Assembly: GCF_964213995.1 (NCBI RefSeq)
Contig: NC_135809.1
Span: 109,368,001 to 109,432,000 of the forward strand
Length of the DNA stretch: 64,000 nucleotides
Source: Mustelus asterias
Lineage: Eukaryota
Reading direction: 5' to 3'
A model generated the notes under the pieces. That model had not been told where the DNA came from. It saw only the letters and a list, made by a program, of their open reading frames with translations, and searched no databases. Both the position numbers and the translations under genes were made by a program. How positions within the stretch are numbered: the stretch's first letter is position 1; the number at the start of each line of letters is the position of its first letter. Positions 38,904 to 52,871 of this stretch are shown here, one piece after another.

Positions 38904-39794
38904 AGCGGATATGTAGATTCCTGCAGAGGCCAATGCAGTGAATCCTGCACCTGATAAACACACAGATAAAACATCCTGTGTTGCTAACAGTGAGGACGCT
39001 GTTCACAAAAAGACAACAGCACCACCAACTGGTGTAATCACACACTCGGGGAGCCTGAGCAAGCCGAACACAAGATTTCATGACTTTTTTACTGCAGACT
39101 TTTGAATTTCAGTATTTACTTTCAACAGAAAAATGGGAGAGAGGTAGAGATGCGATTGGCTATGCACTAGTTGCTACAGCTTAATCCATGCCTCCAACAT
39201 ATGTAAATAGTCATGCATTGTCAGTTTGTTTAATTGCATGTAATACAATGCTCTGTACGTAATTTCCTATTTCACTATTATATCTCATGCCACCAACTAA
39301 ACAGGAAAGATGTAGACCAAGTGGTCATGTGAAAACGTAATGGCATACAAAAGATTTCATGTGGCAGGAGTGCGGGCAGATCATAAATATTGTAATATAG
39401 CTATTCAGTTCAGGAATTGTTGGAAGTCCTTGTTATGGATGATTTAGCGAATGCACTACTTTCTACACTACCAAAGTGGATAGGCTGACAACTGTTGTGC
39501 CTTTTAATGCTTTTTGAGAATCCATACCTACAACAGGTGCAGCATTTCCTGATTGATTTAGATTGATCTTTTCTATATGGTATTGACCTTCATGAATAGC
39601 TAAACAAATAACAAACTGTTCCCTTCTAAATGTATACCCTATGTGATTTTTAAAGGAAAAGTTATAAAATCAGATAAATCAAATATTGAGGGCAAATATA
39701 TAATAAATTAGAGAGATATTTATGTATTTAATTTTATGAATCAATGAATTAGCTTGGCCTGTGTTTGTTTTTCGTGTACCTTTATCATCCTCAG

Positions 39795-40905
39795 AAAGCC
39801 CACCAATGCCTCCAATTTCTCAGGAAGCTAAGGAAATTTGATATGTCCACTACAACTCTCACCAACTTTTACAGTTACACTATAGAAAGCATCCTTTCTG
39901 GATGTATCGCAGCTTGGTAGGGCTCCTGCTCTGACCAAGACCGCAAAAAACTACAAAAGGTTGTGAACGTAGCCCAGTCCATCAAGCAAACAAGCCTGCC
40001 ATCCATTAACTCTGTCTACAGTTGCCACTGCCTCAGAAAAGCAGCCAGCATAATCAAGGACCCCACGTACCCCAGACATATTTCTTCCCCCTTCTTCCGT
40101 TGGGAAAAAAGATACAAAAGCCTGAGCTCACTTACCACCCGACTCAAGAACAGTTTCTACCCTGCTGCCATCAGACTTTTGAATGGACCCACCATGTATT
40201 AAGTTGATCTTTCTCTGCCCCCTAAAGTTTAAAGTTTATTTATTATTGTCACAAGTAGACTTATATTAACACTGCAATGAAGTTATTGTGAAAATCCACG
40301 AGTCACCACACTCCAGCACCTGTTCGGCTACACTGAGGGAGAATTTAGCTTGGCCAATGCACTTAACCAGCATATCTTTCGGACTGTGGGAGGAAACCCA
40401 GTAAGAAGTTTAACAACACTAGGTTAAAGTCCAACAGGTTTATTTGGTAGCAAAAGCCACACAAGCTTTCGGAGGAAACCCATGCAGACACGAGGAGAAT
40501 GTGCAGACTCCATACAGATGGTGACCCAAGCCAGGAATGGAATCCAGGGCCCTGGCACTGTGATGCAGCAGTATTGACCACTGTGCCACTTTTGAATGGA
40601 CCTATCTCACACTAAGTTGATCTTTCACTACATCTTATGACTGTGACACTATATTCTGCACTCTCTCCTTTCCTTCTCTATGAACGGTGTGCCTTGTCTG
40701 TATGGCATGCAAGAAACAACACTATTCACTGTATCCTAATACATGTGACAATAATAAATCAAATCACTATAACACCAGCACTATTCTGCACCTTCTCCCT
40801 TCCTTCTCCCCTATGTACTCTATGAACGGTATGCTTTGTCTATATAGTGCACAATAAGCAATACTTTTCACTGTATCCCAATACATGTGATAATAATAAA
40901 TCAAA
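39795..40905 (+). mobile_element. Rex-Babar 3' end with duplicated tail and nested HE1 (-) at ~40223-40590
   Basis: Homologous to 17770-18326; HE1 reverse complement with a nested Penelope-like piece at ~40400-40470. Confidence 0.78.
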
Positions 40906-40929
40906 CCACTTGTTTGGGAGAGAAGCATC

Positions 40930-41380
40930 TTTGCTCATTCCGCCCACCCGGAATTGGACAAGTGACAGCAGCGCCCTCCAGTGGCAGAGGCGGCCGGCAT
41001 CCGGGGAAAGTGAAACTTGGGCCTCGCTGAGACGCTTAATGCTTCTGGAACCGAGCGACCGAGAGAGTGAGGGGCAATGGGCCGGACCGGGAACTTGTGG
41101 CCGTTTGTGGTGGCGCTGGTGACTCTGGCACAGCTTTCAGGTGAAGGACGAGACGGGCGGCGGAGGCGGGGAACGGGCGGGAGCGCACATTCCGGCGAAT
41201 TCAGGCCGGGCCTGGCGCGGGGCGATCAGGAACCGCAGCCCGCCCAGGGTGGGGTTTGTACCCGGGCCTCTTGCTGATGATTCCCCGAGGCTGCAGGTTG
41301 AGGACAGCGGCCGACGAGGTTAAAGTGAAAGCCACAAACGTTGAGCTCACCCTGATCGGGGGCCATTCGGCCCATCGTGA
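40930..41380 (+). promoter_or_regulatory. CpG-rich promoter/first-exon region of gene B with GC box, CTCF-like site and ISRE
   Basis: High CpG density in unique sequence; CCGCCC 40940-40945; CAGCGCCCTCCAGTGGC 40969-40985; GAAAGTGAAACT 41006-41017; AAAGTGAAAG 41322-41331. Confidence 0.7.
41077..41140 (+). CDS. NCR3LG1: Gene B leader (signal peptide) exon
   Basis: gcaATGG Kozak context; MGRTGNLWPFVVALVTLAQLS; CAG|GTGAAG phase-1 donor, in frame with the IgV exon (...S-ESKLEL). Confidence 0.78.
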
Positions 41381-42186
41381 CTGGTACAGCCCCTCCAGTT
41401 AGTCCCACTCTACCCATTTAGCCCCTTTTCCCAACAGAGTTCTACTTCCCCCCCCCCCCTCCCCAATTCAACTATTTAGCCAGTTTCCTTTGGACAGTTA
41501 TTATTGGGTCAACTTTAATGTCGTTTGCAGTTTCAAAGTAAGAGGATTCCCAGAGTTTTTTCCCTTTCCAAAAGGGTTGTAAATTTGACCTCCCCACAAA
41601 GCAGTGGAGGTCACTGAATGTAAGATAGACTTTTGATCTATAAGGGTGTTAAAAGGTTATCGGGTGGGTGGTCACCCATTGAGAGGCAACCGTACTGAGA
41701 TATGTTGGATTTTTCCCCATGGAAATCCTGTATGTCTCAGTAAGGTTGCCTCTCTGTCAAAACTACAATGAGTATAGCGCCGACCATTAGAAAATCCTCG
41801 GTATCAACCGAGTGAACCTTCTCTGTATTGCCTCAAATTCCAGTATTTATTTCCTTAGATAAGGGTACTAAAACTGTTCACAGTTTTCCAGGTGTGGCCT
41901 AACTAGTGTCTTGTATAGTGCCTTGCAAGTCTTCCTATTTTTATACTCTGCTCCTTTTGAAATAAAGGCCAACAGTCCACATGCTTTCCCGATGACCTGT
42001 TGAACTTGCGTACTAGCTTTTTGTGATTTATGCATGAGGACCCCCTCTAGCTGGAGCTTTCTGTCGTCTTTTTCCATTTAAATAATATTCAGCTCCTTTA
42101 ATCTTCTACCAAAAGTACGTAACTTCATATTTTCCTACATTATATTCTATCTGCCAAGTGTTTTGCCCACTCACTTAACCTATCTA

Positions 42187-43967
42187 AACACATAAAGGGC
42201 AAAACAGTAACAAGGGAGAGAGTAGGGCCACTTAAGGATCAACAAGGTCATCTATGTACGGATCCACAAGAGATGGGTGAGATCCTAAATGAATATTTCT
42301 CATCAGTATTTACTGTTGAGAAAAGCATGGATGTTAGGGAACTTGGGGAAATAAATAGTGATGTCTTGAGGAGTGTACATATTACAGAGAAGGAGGTGCT
42401 GGAAGTCTTAAAGCGCATCAAGGTAGATAAATCCCCGGGACCTGATGAAATATATCCCAGGACGTTGTGGGAGGCTAGGGAGGAAATTGCGGGTCCCCTA
42501 GCCGAGATATTTGAATCATCGATGGTCACGGGTGAGGTGCCTGAAGATTGGAGAGTGACAAATGTTGTGCCTTTGTTTAAAAAGAACTGCAGGGAAAAGC
42601 CTGGGAACTACAGGCCAGTGAGCCTCACATCTGTGGTGGGTAAATTGTTGGGAGGTATTTTGAGAGACAGAATCCACAGGCAAGGACTGATTAGGGACAG
42701 TCAGCGTGACTTTATGAGTGGAAAATCATGTCTCACAAATTTAATTGAGTTTTTTGAAGGGGTAACCAAGAAGGTAGATGAGGGCAGTGCAGTTGATGTT
42801 GTCTGCATGGATTTTAGCAAGGCCTTTGACAAGGTATCGCAAGGTAGGTTGTTGCATAAAGTTAAATCTCATGGGATCCAGGGTGAGGTATCTAAATGGA
42901 TACAAAATTGGCTTCTTGACAGAAGCCAGAGGGTGGTTGTAGAGAGTTGTTTTTCAAACTGGAGGCCTGTGACCAGCGGTGTGCCTCAGGGATCAGTGCT
43001 GGGCCCACTGTTATTTGTCATTTATATTAATGATTTGGATGAGAATATAGGAGGCATGGTTAGTAAGTTTGCAGATGACACCAAGATTGGTGGCATAGTG
43101 GACAGTGAAGAAAGTTATCTCCAATTGCAACGGGATCTTGATCAGTTGGACCAGTGGGCTGACGATTGGCAGATGGAGTTTAATTTGGACAAATGCAAGG
43201 TGATGCATTTTGGTAGATTGAACCAGGGCAGGATTTACTGAGGTAATGGTGAGAGTTACAGAACAAAGAGATCTCTGGGTACATGTTCATAGCTCCTTGA
43301 AAGTGGAGTCACAGGTGGACAGAGTGGTGAAGAAGGCATTCGGCATGTTTGGTTTCATCGGTCAGAACATTGAATACAGGAGTTGGGACGTCTTGTTGAA
43401 GTTGTACAAGACATTGGTAAGGCCACACTTGGAATACTGTGTGCAATTTTGGTCACCCTATTATAGAAAAGATATTATTAAACTAGAAAGAGTGCAGAAA
43501 AGATTTACTAGGATGCTACCAGGACTTGATGGATTGAGTTATAAGGAGAGGCTGAATAGACTGTGATTTTTTTCTCTGGAGCGTAGGATGCTGAGGGGTG
43601 ACCTTATAGAGGTCTATAAAATAATGAGGGGCATAGACAAGGTAGATAGTCAATATCTTTTCCCAAAGGTGGGGGAGTCTAAAACTAGAGGGCATAGATT
43701 TATGGTGAGAGGGGCGAGATACAAAAGTGTCCAGAGGGGCAATTTTTTCACACACAGGGTGGTGAGTGTCTGAGGTAGTAGTAGAGGTGGGTATAATTTT
43801 ATCTTTCAAAAAGCATTTAGATAGTTACATGGGTACGATGGGTATAGAGGGATATGGGCCAAATGCGGGCAATTGGGATTAGTTTAGGGGTTTTAAAAAA
43901 AAAAGGGCGGCATGGACAAGTTGGGCCGAAGGGCCTGTAAACATCTCTGAACCTCTATGACTCTATC
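42187..43967 (+). mobile_element. Relatively young CR1 LINE, 5'-truncated
   Basis: 322-aa uninterrupted RT ORF 42273-43241; 3' tail ctctatgactctat. Confidence 0.93.
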
Positions 43968-46900
43968 TATATTCCTTTGTAGACTTTTTTTGTCATCCTA
44001 ACCACTTGCCTTCCCATCTAGTTTTGTGTTATTGACAAATTTGGCAATAGTACCTTCACTTCCCTTGTCCAAATCATTGATATATATTGTAAATAATTAT
44101 GGCCTCACACTGATCCCTGTGACACTCCACCAGTTATAGGTTGCCATCCTGAAAATGTCCCTCTTATCCCAACTCTCTGTCTTCTGTCAGCCAACCCACT
44201 ACCTATGCTAATACACTGCCCCCAACGTCATGGGCTTTTACCTTATTAAACAGCCTCTTGTGCAGTATCTTATTGAATGTCTTTGGAAATTCAAGTATAT
44301 TACATCTACTGGTTACCCTTTATTTATCCTGCTTGATACCACCTCAAAGAATTCTAATAGATTTGTCAGGCATGATTTCCCCCTCATGAAGCCATGTTGA
44401 CTCTGCTTGATAATATTACGTATTCCTAAATGCTCTGCTATTACAACCTTTATGATGGACTCTAACATTTTGCCAATGGCAGATGTTAAGCTAACGAGCT
44501 ATAGTTAGCTGTTGTCATCGTCCTACCTTTTTGAATAAGGGTGCTTTCGTTGGCAGTTTTCAAATCCCCTGGGACTTTTCCAGAATTTAAAGATTCTAGT
44601 ACCAGTGCATCCACTATCTCTGTAGCTACTTCCTATGATATCCTAGGATGCAACCCATCAAGTCCAGGGGATTTATTGGCCTTTAGCCCCATTAGTTTCC
44701 TTAGTAATTATCTAGTGATCATTATTTTTTTTTATTTCCACCACCCCTTTTGCTCCTTGACATCTAGTATTTTTGGAATGCTATTAGTGTCTTCTACCGT
44801 GAAGACTGATGCAGAATATATCCTGGTTCCCCATTATTATTTCCCCAATCTAATTCTCTAAGGGGCCAATGATCACTTTGGTCTCTCTCTTCTTTTTAAT
44901 ATATTTAAAGAAGCTCTAACTGTCCATTTTTATATTACTTGTTAGTTTACCCTAATAGTTTATCTTCTCCCTTTTTGTTCTTTTTTTGATCATCTTTTGT
45001 TTGTTTTAAAACTTTCCCAATCCTCTGACTTACCGCTAATCTTTGCCATTTTGCATGCTTTTTCTTTCAGTTTAATGCTATTCTTAACTTTCTTGGTTAA
45101 CTACAGCTGATTTATATCCTTCGTAGAATCCTCCTTCCTTATATTTGTTGCGAGTCACGAACTATTTTCATAAATGTCTGCCATTGCTGATCAGTCTTTT
45201 CTGACAAACTCCTTTCCCAGTCCGCTCCAACTAACTCTGCCCTTATTCCTTTGTTAATTACCCTTATTTAAATTTAGCACAGTTGTTTCACGCCTTCAAA
45301 GCAAGGGGATTTGAATATAGGAGTAAGGATGTCTTGCTGCAGTTATACAGGGCCTTGGTGAGGCCATACCTTGCATATTGTGTGTAATTTTGGTCTCCTA
45401 ATCGGAGGAATTGTTGCTATTGAGGGAGTCCAGCAAAGGTTCACCAGACTGATTCCTGGAATGGCAGGACTGACATATGAAGAAAGACTGGATCGACAAG
45501 GCTTGTACTCACTGGAATTTAGAAGAATGAGAGGGGATCTCATTGAAACATATAAAATCCTGAGGGGACTGGATAGGCTAGATGTGGGAAGAATGTTCCT
45601 GATGTTGTGGAAGTCCAGAACTAGAGGTCACAGTCTAAAAATAAGGGGTAAGCCATTCAGGACGGAGATGAGGAAGAACTTCTTCACTCTGAGAGTTCTG
45701 AACCTGTGGAATTCTCTATCACAGAAATCAGGTGGGGCTAGTTCGTTAGATATGTTCAGGAGGGAACTGGATGTGGCCCTTGCGGCTAAGGGATCAAGGG
45801 GTATGGAGAGAAAGCGGGAATGAGATACTGAGAGTGCATGATCAGCCATGATCATATTGAATGGTGCTACAGGCTCAAAGGACTGAATGGCCTACTCCTG
45901 CATCTACTTTATATGTTTCTATGACCCAAGTTTCTCACATTCAAACTGAATGGTAAATTCTACCATGCTATGGTCACTGTTTCTTAGGAGTTCTTTTACT
46001 CTGATATTGTTTATTAAACCTGTCTCATTACACATCAGATCCAAAATACTCTGATCCCTGTTTGGATCCACAACATATTCTTCAAAACTGTCCCGAATAC
46101 ACTCTATGAATTCTTCCTCATGGCTACCTCTGCCAATTTGATTTTCCCAATCCCCATGAAGATTAAAGTCACTTATGATTAAAGTACTACCCTTTTTGCA
46201 TTATCTTCTGATTTTTCTCAGTCCTACATTATAGCTACTGTCTTCCCCTTGTTATTTCTTGCCTCCACCCACATGGATTCTACATCTTCCGATCCAAGAT
46301 CTGTTTTTTGCTATTGTACTTATTCCATCTCATACTAACAAAGCTTTCCTTCCTGTCTGTCCTCATGAAAAGTCACATACCCTGATTATTTAGTTCCCAG
46401 CTTTGATCTCCTTGTAACCACATATCTGTAATGGATATAAGATCATACCCATTAACCTCAATTTGTGCCATTCATTCATTATTTTGTGATGAATACTATA
46501 TGCATTTAACTAAAGAACCATTAATTTTGCTTTTTTTTACCACCCCACACCCCCCTTACCCTATTTGCTGCTGCTGTTATGTTTGTACGTCCTCTCCCTT
46601 CCTGTCCCACTCTAGGTATCATTACCTAAATAGCAACCTTGCGATGCTGCCATTTCCTTTTGCTTTGTAAGCCTCCCTTATCCAGAACGATTTCCCAGAC
46701 CCCCCACCCCACCGCGCGCACACATTTAGTTTAATGTCCTCTCTACCTTCCTAGTTATGTGGTTTGCAAGAACACTGGTCCCAGCACGGTTCAGATGCAG
46801 GCTGTTCCAATGGTACAGCCCTATTTTCCCCAGTACTGATGCCAGTGCCCCACGAACCGAAACCCACTCCTCCCAGAGGAGTATGGTCAAGCCTTGTGCC
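43968..46900 (-). mobile_element. Older minus-strand CR1 (also ~41700-42186), with nested plus-strand CR1 3' end at ~45291-45923
   Basis: Reverse-complement RT/APE/ORF1 motifs; nested piece encodes FRTEMRKNFFTLRVLNLWNSL. Confidence 0.8.
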
Positions 46901-47719
46901 TTTATTGAATTGCCCAAAAGCTCAGGACAAAAATGCTTCCCTGGTTGCTTTCTGCATGGCAGCATCGACTTGCCCACCAATCAGCACCCTATTCTCTTGT
47001 AGTATAAATTGTGATTATTATTTGAAATGTGCCATTCTTGTGTTTGTCCTGTGAGTGCAAGACAGAAAGCTTCAGCAACATGTCTCTCTCTTTATTGATA
47101 CTCAAGTTCTGTCCTGCCAAACAGCTAGTTGATGTTAGGACAGTTGACCAAAAGCTTGGCTAAAGATGCAGGTTTGTAGGACCATCTAAAGAAGGAAAGA
47201 GAAGAGGTTTAGGAAGGAAGTTCCAGAGCTTAAAGCTTAGCCAGCTGAAAGCATGGCCACCATTGATGGGGTGATTAAAATTGGGGCTGAACAAACGGGC
47301 AGATCTGGCAGGCTGCATCGATCTCAGATGGTTTCAGGGATGGAGAAGATCAGAGAGGTAGGAAGGCCCTGGTGGGATTTGAAAATAATGAGAATACCTC
47401 GCCTTGTTGAACCAGTGTCAGCAAGCACAGGGATCAGGTGAGACAAAGGGTAAACGGGATTGGAAAAGGGCAGTGAAATTTAGAATGAGCTGAAGTTTAT
47501 GGAGGTTGGGAGGTGGGAGAATGACCAGGAGAGAGCATTGGATAAGCAAATGAGGGTGGAAGGAATAGGAGGTTAGATGAAGCAATGTGCGAAGAGGCTG
47601 ATGTAGAGCTGTTAAGCTGGGATGGTCTTTTTACATTCTTTAGTACATTGAAATAAATGTAGACACGGTCTTGTCTGGTAGACACTAACAAAAACAACCT
47701 TCTATTATTAAATCTGCAG

Positions 47720-48073
47720 AAAGCAAGTTGGAATTGAGAGTGAGTCAAAGTCCTGTGGAAGTAAATCATAATGAAAATGGTCTCCTGCTGTGTGAAATCG
47801 CTAAACTCACTGGGGCGACATTGAACTCGACGAACTTGGGCGTATTATGGACAGTCACTCGTGGCACTGAAACATCAACAGCCTTTTCCTACGCTTCTGG
47901 AAATATAAAGGAAGCATGGCCAGAAGCTGAGCTTTTGGAAAGCTCCATTCTAAATGGAAACATGTCACTGTTGCTAAGACATGTCACATTTAAACACACC
48001 GGACAGTATAAATGTGAAGTTGTTATTCCACCAAATGATAAGGCCTTTAAGATAGTGAAGCTTGAGATTTTAG
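47720..48073 (+). CDS. NCR3LG1: Gene B IgV exon, B7-H6/NCR3LG1-like
   Basis: aatctgcag| acceptor, |gtaagc donor, phase 1/1; LLCEI...LNSTNLGVLW...GNMSLLL...GQYKCEVVIPP. Confidence 0.88.
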
Positions 48074-49727
48074 GTAAGCTGAATTATGTGCAGTAACTGT
48101 AATTTTTATAACTTGCAGTGTAACCCAATGCCAGCAGTTTCACATTTAAGTTTGTCTTTATAGCTTTTGGAAACGTAATCTGGTGGAGGGAATGCCCTTA
48201 GTTATAAAAGCAAACTGCTGCAGATGTTGGAAATCCTGAAACGAAAATGCTGTAAATGATCAGCAGGTCAGGTGGAATCTGTGGAGAGAGAAGCAGAGTT
48301 CTTTTCATCAGAATGGTTTAAAAAATAAATAATTTTTACCTAGCGTTTAATGCTTTCTGACCTGATGCGTGTTGATATCAAGCTATGTAATTTAAATATG
48401 TTGTACATCAATTAGTTGAATCAATAGCAAGAGTAAAAGTTAAAATTGGAAGTATTGGCTGTGTAAGACAGCATTTTGAGAAGGAAATAAAGAACAAGTG
48501 TATGTTTGGTTGAGGAAGTGGCACTTGCCTCAAATAAGCACATTGTTGCCGAGGGATAAACACTTAACTACTGTTAAATATGATTAATTATCTGTAAGAG
48601 CCATTGAAGTATTTTTCACAATTGGAACTGAAACAGATTAAAAGCCTGCACATACATAGTAAGGCTTCTCTGAAATTTCAATGTTGCTCTTTATGAAGAA
48701 AGAAGGAGCTTACATTTATATAGTTCCTTTTACTTCTGGAAGATGTCATTCATTCAGTTATGTTGAGTCTGCAACATAACAACAGGCCTTTTGGTCCACC
48801 TGGTCATGAAACCTTTTTGTTATGTTGAAGACAACTATCACCCTTAGCTTCTCGCTTCTAGAGAAAAAAGCCCAACCTGTTAAATCTTTCTTGATAATTT
48901 TGCAGTTCTGGTACCATCCTTATGAATTGTATTGACACCTTCTCTGATGGCTGTATATCCATTTTATAATATGGAAACCAGAACGGTGCACGGTACTCTG
49001 GGTGGGGTATAATCACATTTCTATGGAAGTTTAAGACTGTTTTTCAACTGTATTCTTCTATAAATGAATCCCAGTACTGGATTTGCCTTTTTTAATAGCC
49101 TTATAAGAGTTGCTTCTAGTGATTAATGTATCTGAACCCCATAGATTCCTTCTTCTCTACCTCATTTCCACTTATTATCCAGCCAGTATGTGGCCCCCTT
49201 ATTCTTCTTGCCAAAATGCACCAGCTCCCACTATTGCAGGCAAATTAATTTCAGTGATCTATTTTGTTAATAGTTTATTGATGTCATATATTTTTGTCAC
49301 TTCTTCACTGAGATGTCTGCAGCTTCCACTTTGTTGCCTTCTGCAAGTTTTGGAATTGTACTTTGGTTCCAGAGTCCAAATTGTTAATGTAAATGGTGAA
49401 CAAAGTGGTCCCAGCAGTGACGAGCACCACTTCCCATCTTTTGCCAGTCTGATTAGCTACCCCTAAGCCCTACACAATATGTTCTCTTTGGCCATCCGCT
49501 CGGCCGTGTGTTCAACTCTCTTTTTAAATATAGGAATCACGCCAGTTGTGCTCTATTTCTCTGGCAACATTCCATTTACAAATTATTTTTTTAATATACA
49601 TAGCCAACAGTGCCTCTGCTATTTCTTCACTAATTTATTTTAGCACGCTCATATCCAACCTAATGCATTACTGTTCAAGTGTAGCCACAGTTATTAGTGA
49701 CACTAACTGTATCCTTTATTTTGGCAG

Positions 49728-50054
49728 CACGTCCTACAGTGACTGTGATTTCAGAAAATATCGTGGAAGTTGGCACAGGGGGAGAGATGGCCTTGGGTTG
49801 CCAGTTAAGTGATTATTATCCTTGTGACAGCAGTGCTGAATGGTTTCAGACAACCCCATCACAAGGAGAGCCAAAATTATTAAAGGACATTTGCATTGCC
49901 CCGCCAGTCAAAAACCCTGATGGAACATGTAACATAACCACTGAAGTTAGGTTGGAACCTCGTGTAGAAGACATTGGCAGCACTTTCGAATGCCGTGTCA
50001 CACATAAGACGTTTTCCGAGCCTCTCTCTGTAAAAGCTTCGGTGATTTTGAAAG
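49728..50054 (+). CDS. NCR3LG1: Gene B IgC1 exon (membrane-proximal ectodomain)
   Basis: ttttggcag| acceptor, |gtcagt donor, phase 1/1; GCQLSDYYP...W...KNPDGT...FECRVTH. Confidence 0.88.
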
Positions 50055-50669
50055 GTCAGTTGCAATGACAAATGCAAAGTATAACATTTTTTTTATTGAA
50101 AAACACTTCAGCGTTATCCAATGTACTGCAGTTTTTACTTCTTGGGGAAACAACTAAATCAGAAACTTTTAGGTGGATTTGTTTGATAACGACAGCTAAT
50201 GAATTTTGAAATTTCTTGTGTTTATTAAGATACATTTTTACAAAAATGTTAATATGTAACTCAATCAACTTCTTTCTATTGATGTGATCTAATTAGATTA
50301 CTTATATATTATGAATATTTTGTTACAGTTCTAAGCATTTGGGAGGTTTATCAAATTCATAAATATGTATTTTTTAAAAATAAGATTAGCGTTCCATCTA
50401 ATGAGTTGAACACTTTTTCCATCCAAGCATCTATTTCTGACCGTCAGATATGTCTTGATGACCGCATGATCTAGAGAAAGTTTAATTGATTTCAATTTTC
50501 CCCTTCATTACCTGAACAAATCTTTTTAGTGGAAAATGATCCTGTGACCATTGTTTCCGAGACTTGGCTCCAATCTTACCTAAGATTTTTTACATAAAGT
50601 TGCAAATTATATACAGCACTGAAAGAGGCCATTCAGCCAACTATTCCGTTGGTGTTTATAACCACACTG

Positions 50670-51975
50670 GTTGTAAACTGGAGTAATTCACACTGGTTTT
50701 TTCAGTGGGAGTTCACACTAGAATCTCCCACACTTTGTGCAATGCAGAGGCCACCAGCGTGAATATCATTAGATTTCAGGGCGCGGGGCCTATTCCCGCC
50801 TGAGTGGCTGAAATCAGCGTGCCTCTGCGCATGCGCAGTGGCTCCAAACTGTCAGCCTTCCTGTTGCGAGCCAGCTCAGTCATTGGCCAGCCCTGGGAAC
50901 CCACAGTGCTGCCCCCCCAACCCCCCCCACGGCCCGATCGTGGGCCCTCCGGCAATTCCCAGGCCAGCCTCGAACCCCTTTCCCGTCCTGGATGGCCCCG
51001 ATCTCCAACCCCCCACCCGCAGTGTCAATACCCCCCAGCCCGCCCGATCTCCAGCCCCCCCCCCCCCGCCAAAACAAATTCACCCCCACCTCCCCCCAGC
51101 AGTCCCGACCTGCCCCAGTCAGTCTTGATCGCTGGCCTCCCTCCGGCCCCTATCAATCCCCATGCAGAGTGGCAGCGGAACCCCCCACCAGGGCACACCC
51201 CCCTATAGGCCCTATCCCCTTGGCACTGCCCGATGTCTGGTGGACAGTGTCAAGGTTTCCCATGGGCACTTTGCCCCTTGGGCAGTGCCAGGGAATACAG
51301 GCTGGCATTGCCAGGGTGCCCATACCCAGGGGGCACCACCCCTCACCACCCGACCCCCTGGGGGGGCCCCAGTTGCCCCCCACTTCCCTCCTGCGGGGTT
51401 GGGCCGCCAGTTCCCCGAAAGTGGGGAGCTAGACTGAACCCTGCTGGAGTGAAATACTGGGGTGGTATAGTGATTAGCTGCCCCAGGGACCCGGGTTCGA
51501 TTCCCGGCTTGGGTCACTGTGTAGAGTTTGCATGTTCTCCCCGTGTCTGCATGGGTTTCCTCCGGGTGCTCCGGTTTCCTCCCACAGTCTGAAAGATATG
51601 CTAGTTGGGTGCATTTACCCGAGCAGATGCTGTAATATAGCGACGAGGAGAATTTCACAGTAACTTCATTGCAGTGTTAATGTAAGCCTTACTTGTGACT
51701 AATAAAAAAAACTTTAACTTTAAATACTTCTTGTGGGGTGGGAGATGCTAATGGGCCCTCTAATAGCATAAAAATGACATTAAAATAAGATGTAAAGTAT
51801 TTACCTGGTGTTCCTGCCGGTTTCCAGTGTGAATCAGATGGCGCCAGAAATCCAGCGCTGGGAGATGCGCACGCGGCGGGAATGCATGCGTGAATCCTAC
51901 ACATGTCTTGATGTGAGATTCTCCCACCACGCAGCGCTAGAAAATTAGCATGGCAGGGTGGGAGAATTGCCCCCA
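50670..51975. mobile_element. GC-rich non-autonomous Harbinger-like element with nested HE1 (~51460-51720)
   Basis: Ends gagaattgccccc; motifs shared with 29700-30493; HE1 body and tail. Confidence 0.55.
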
Positions 51976-52871
51976 GTGTCTCCATTTCTACCTTGTCCAA
52001 CTGATCTGTAATTTTGAAGACCTCTATCAGGTCACGTATAAGTCTTCCGGTTTCCAAAGATGATGGCCCCCAAGCTATTCAATATTTCCCCGATAATCTC
52101 TTAGTTCTGTACCATCCTTGTAAACCTTTTTTTCCCCACACTTTCTCCCATAATTGTATGTCTCTTTTACTAGTACATGACCAGAACTGTACACAGTACA
52201 CGGAATGCAACCTGACCAGGTTCCTATACAAGTTTAACAAATTCTGTACCTCTAGAAATAAATCCCAGAGTTTTCCTTACTTTTTAAATGCTTTTTGTTG
52301 CAATGCTGTTTTGAGCGATTTGTTTCCTGAGATCCCCTTGTACTTCTATTCCATTGTGTTTCTATGACTGTAAAGTGCGGATGACGTTTCTGTTTTTTCT
52401 TCGCAAGTGTACCTCATTTATTGAGGCTAAAGTTTATTTTTAACTACCTGGTCTGCAAATATTCCAATATCTTCTCTAATTATGTTGCAGTATTTTTCAG
52501 TGTTAGCTTTGCCCTCTCGATGTTTGGTATCAGTTGCAAGTTTTGATCTTAAGTTATTTGTTCCCAATCCCAAAACATGAATGTAAATTATGAATAACAG
52601 TGATAATAACAGTGGTCTCAGCACTCATCCTTGTGGAGCACTGCATTTATGTTACAAGTAACCAGTTTTCTAAGTAACACAACTGGGGTACAAACAATAC
52701 AAGATGTTTGGGTGTGAAAATAAATGCCAATTAGTTGTGAGCACTGGCTGACCCAGAGCTGTGCTAAGTATTTATCTACTATACTTTATCCTATTCTACA
52801 ATATTACACGGGGTGAGTAGTGGTACAATTGAAACCAGTTGTGTGAGAAATATGAAACTTTTCTTTTACAG

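Noticed and set aside
14080-50054. Tapasin/TAPBPR identity for the V-C1 genes
   Set aside because: Leaders splice directly to the V exon with no tapasin N-terminal domain exons, and the V motifs (IQL.E.G.Y.C.V.VTP.K, LN...GV.W) fit B7-H6 better.
50350-50560. Direct repeat with 54705-54880 flanking the TM exon
   Set aside because: The second copy continues into Penelope RT motifs (PRLYRLPKMHK), so both are dispersed TE fragments.
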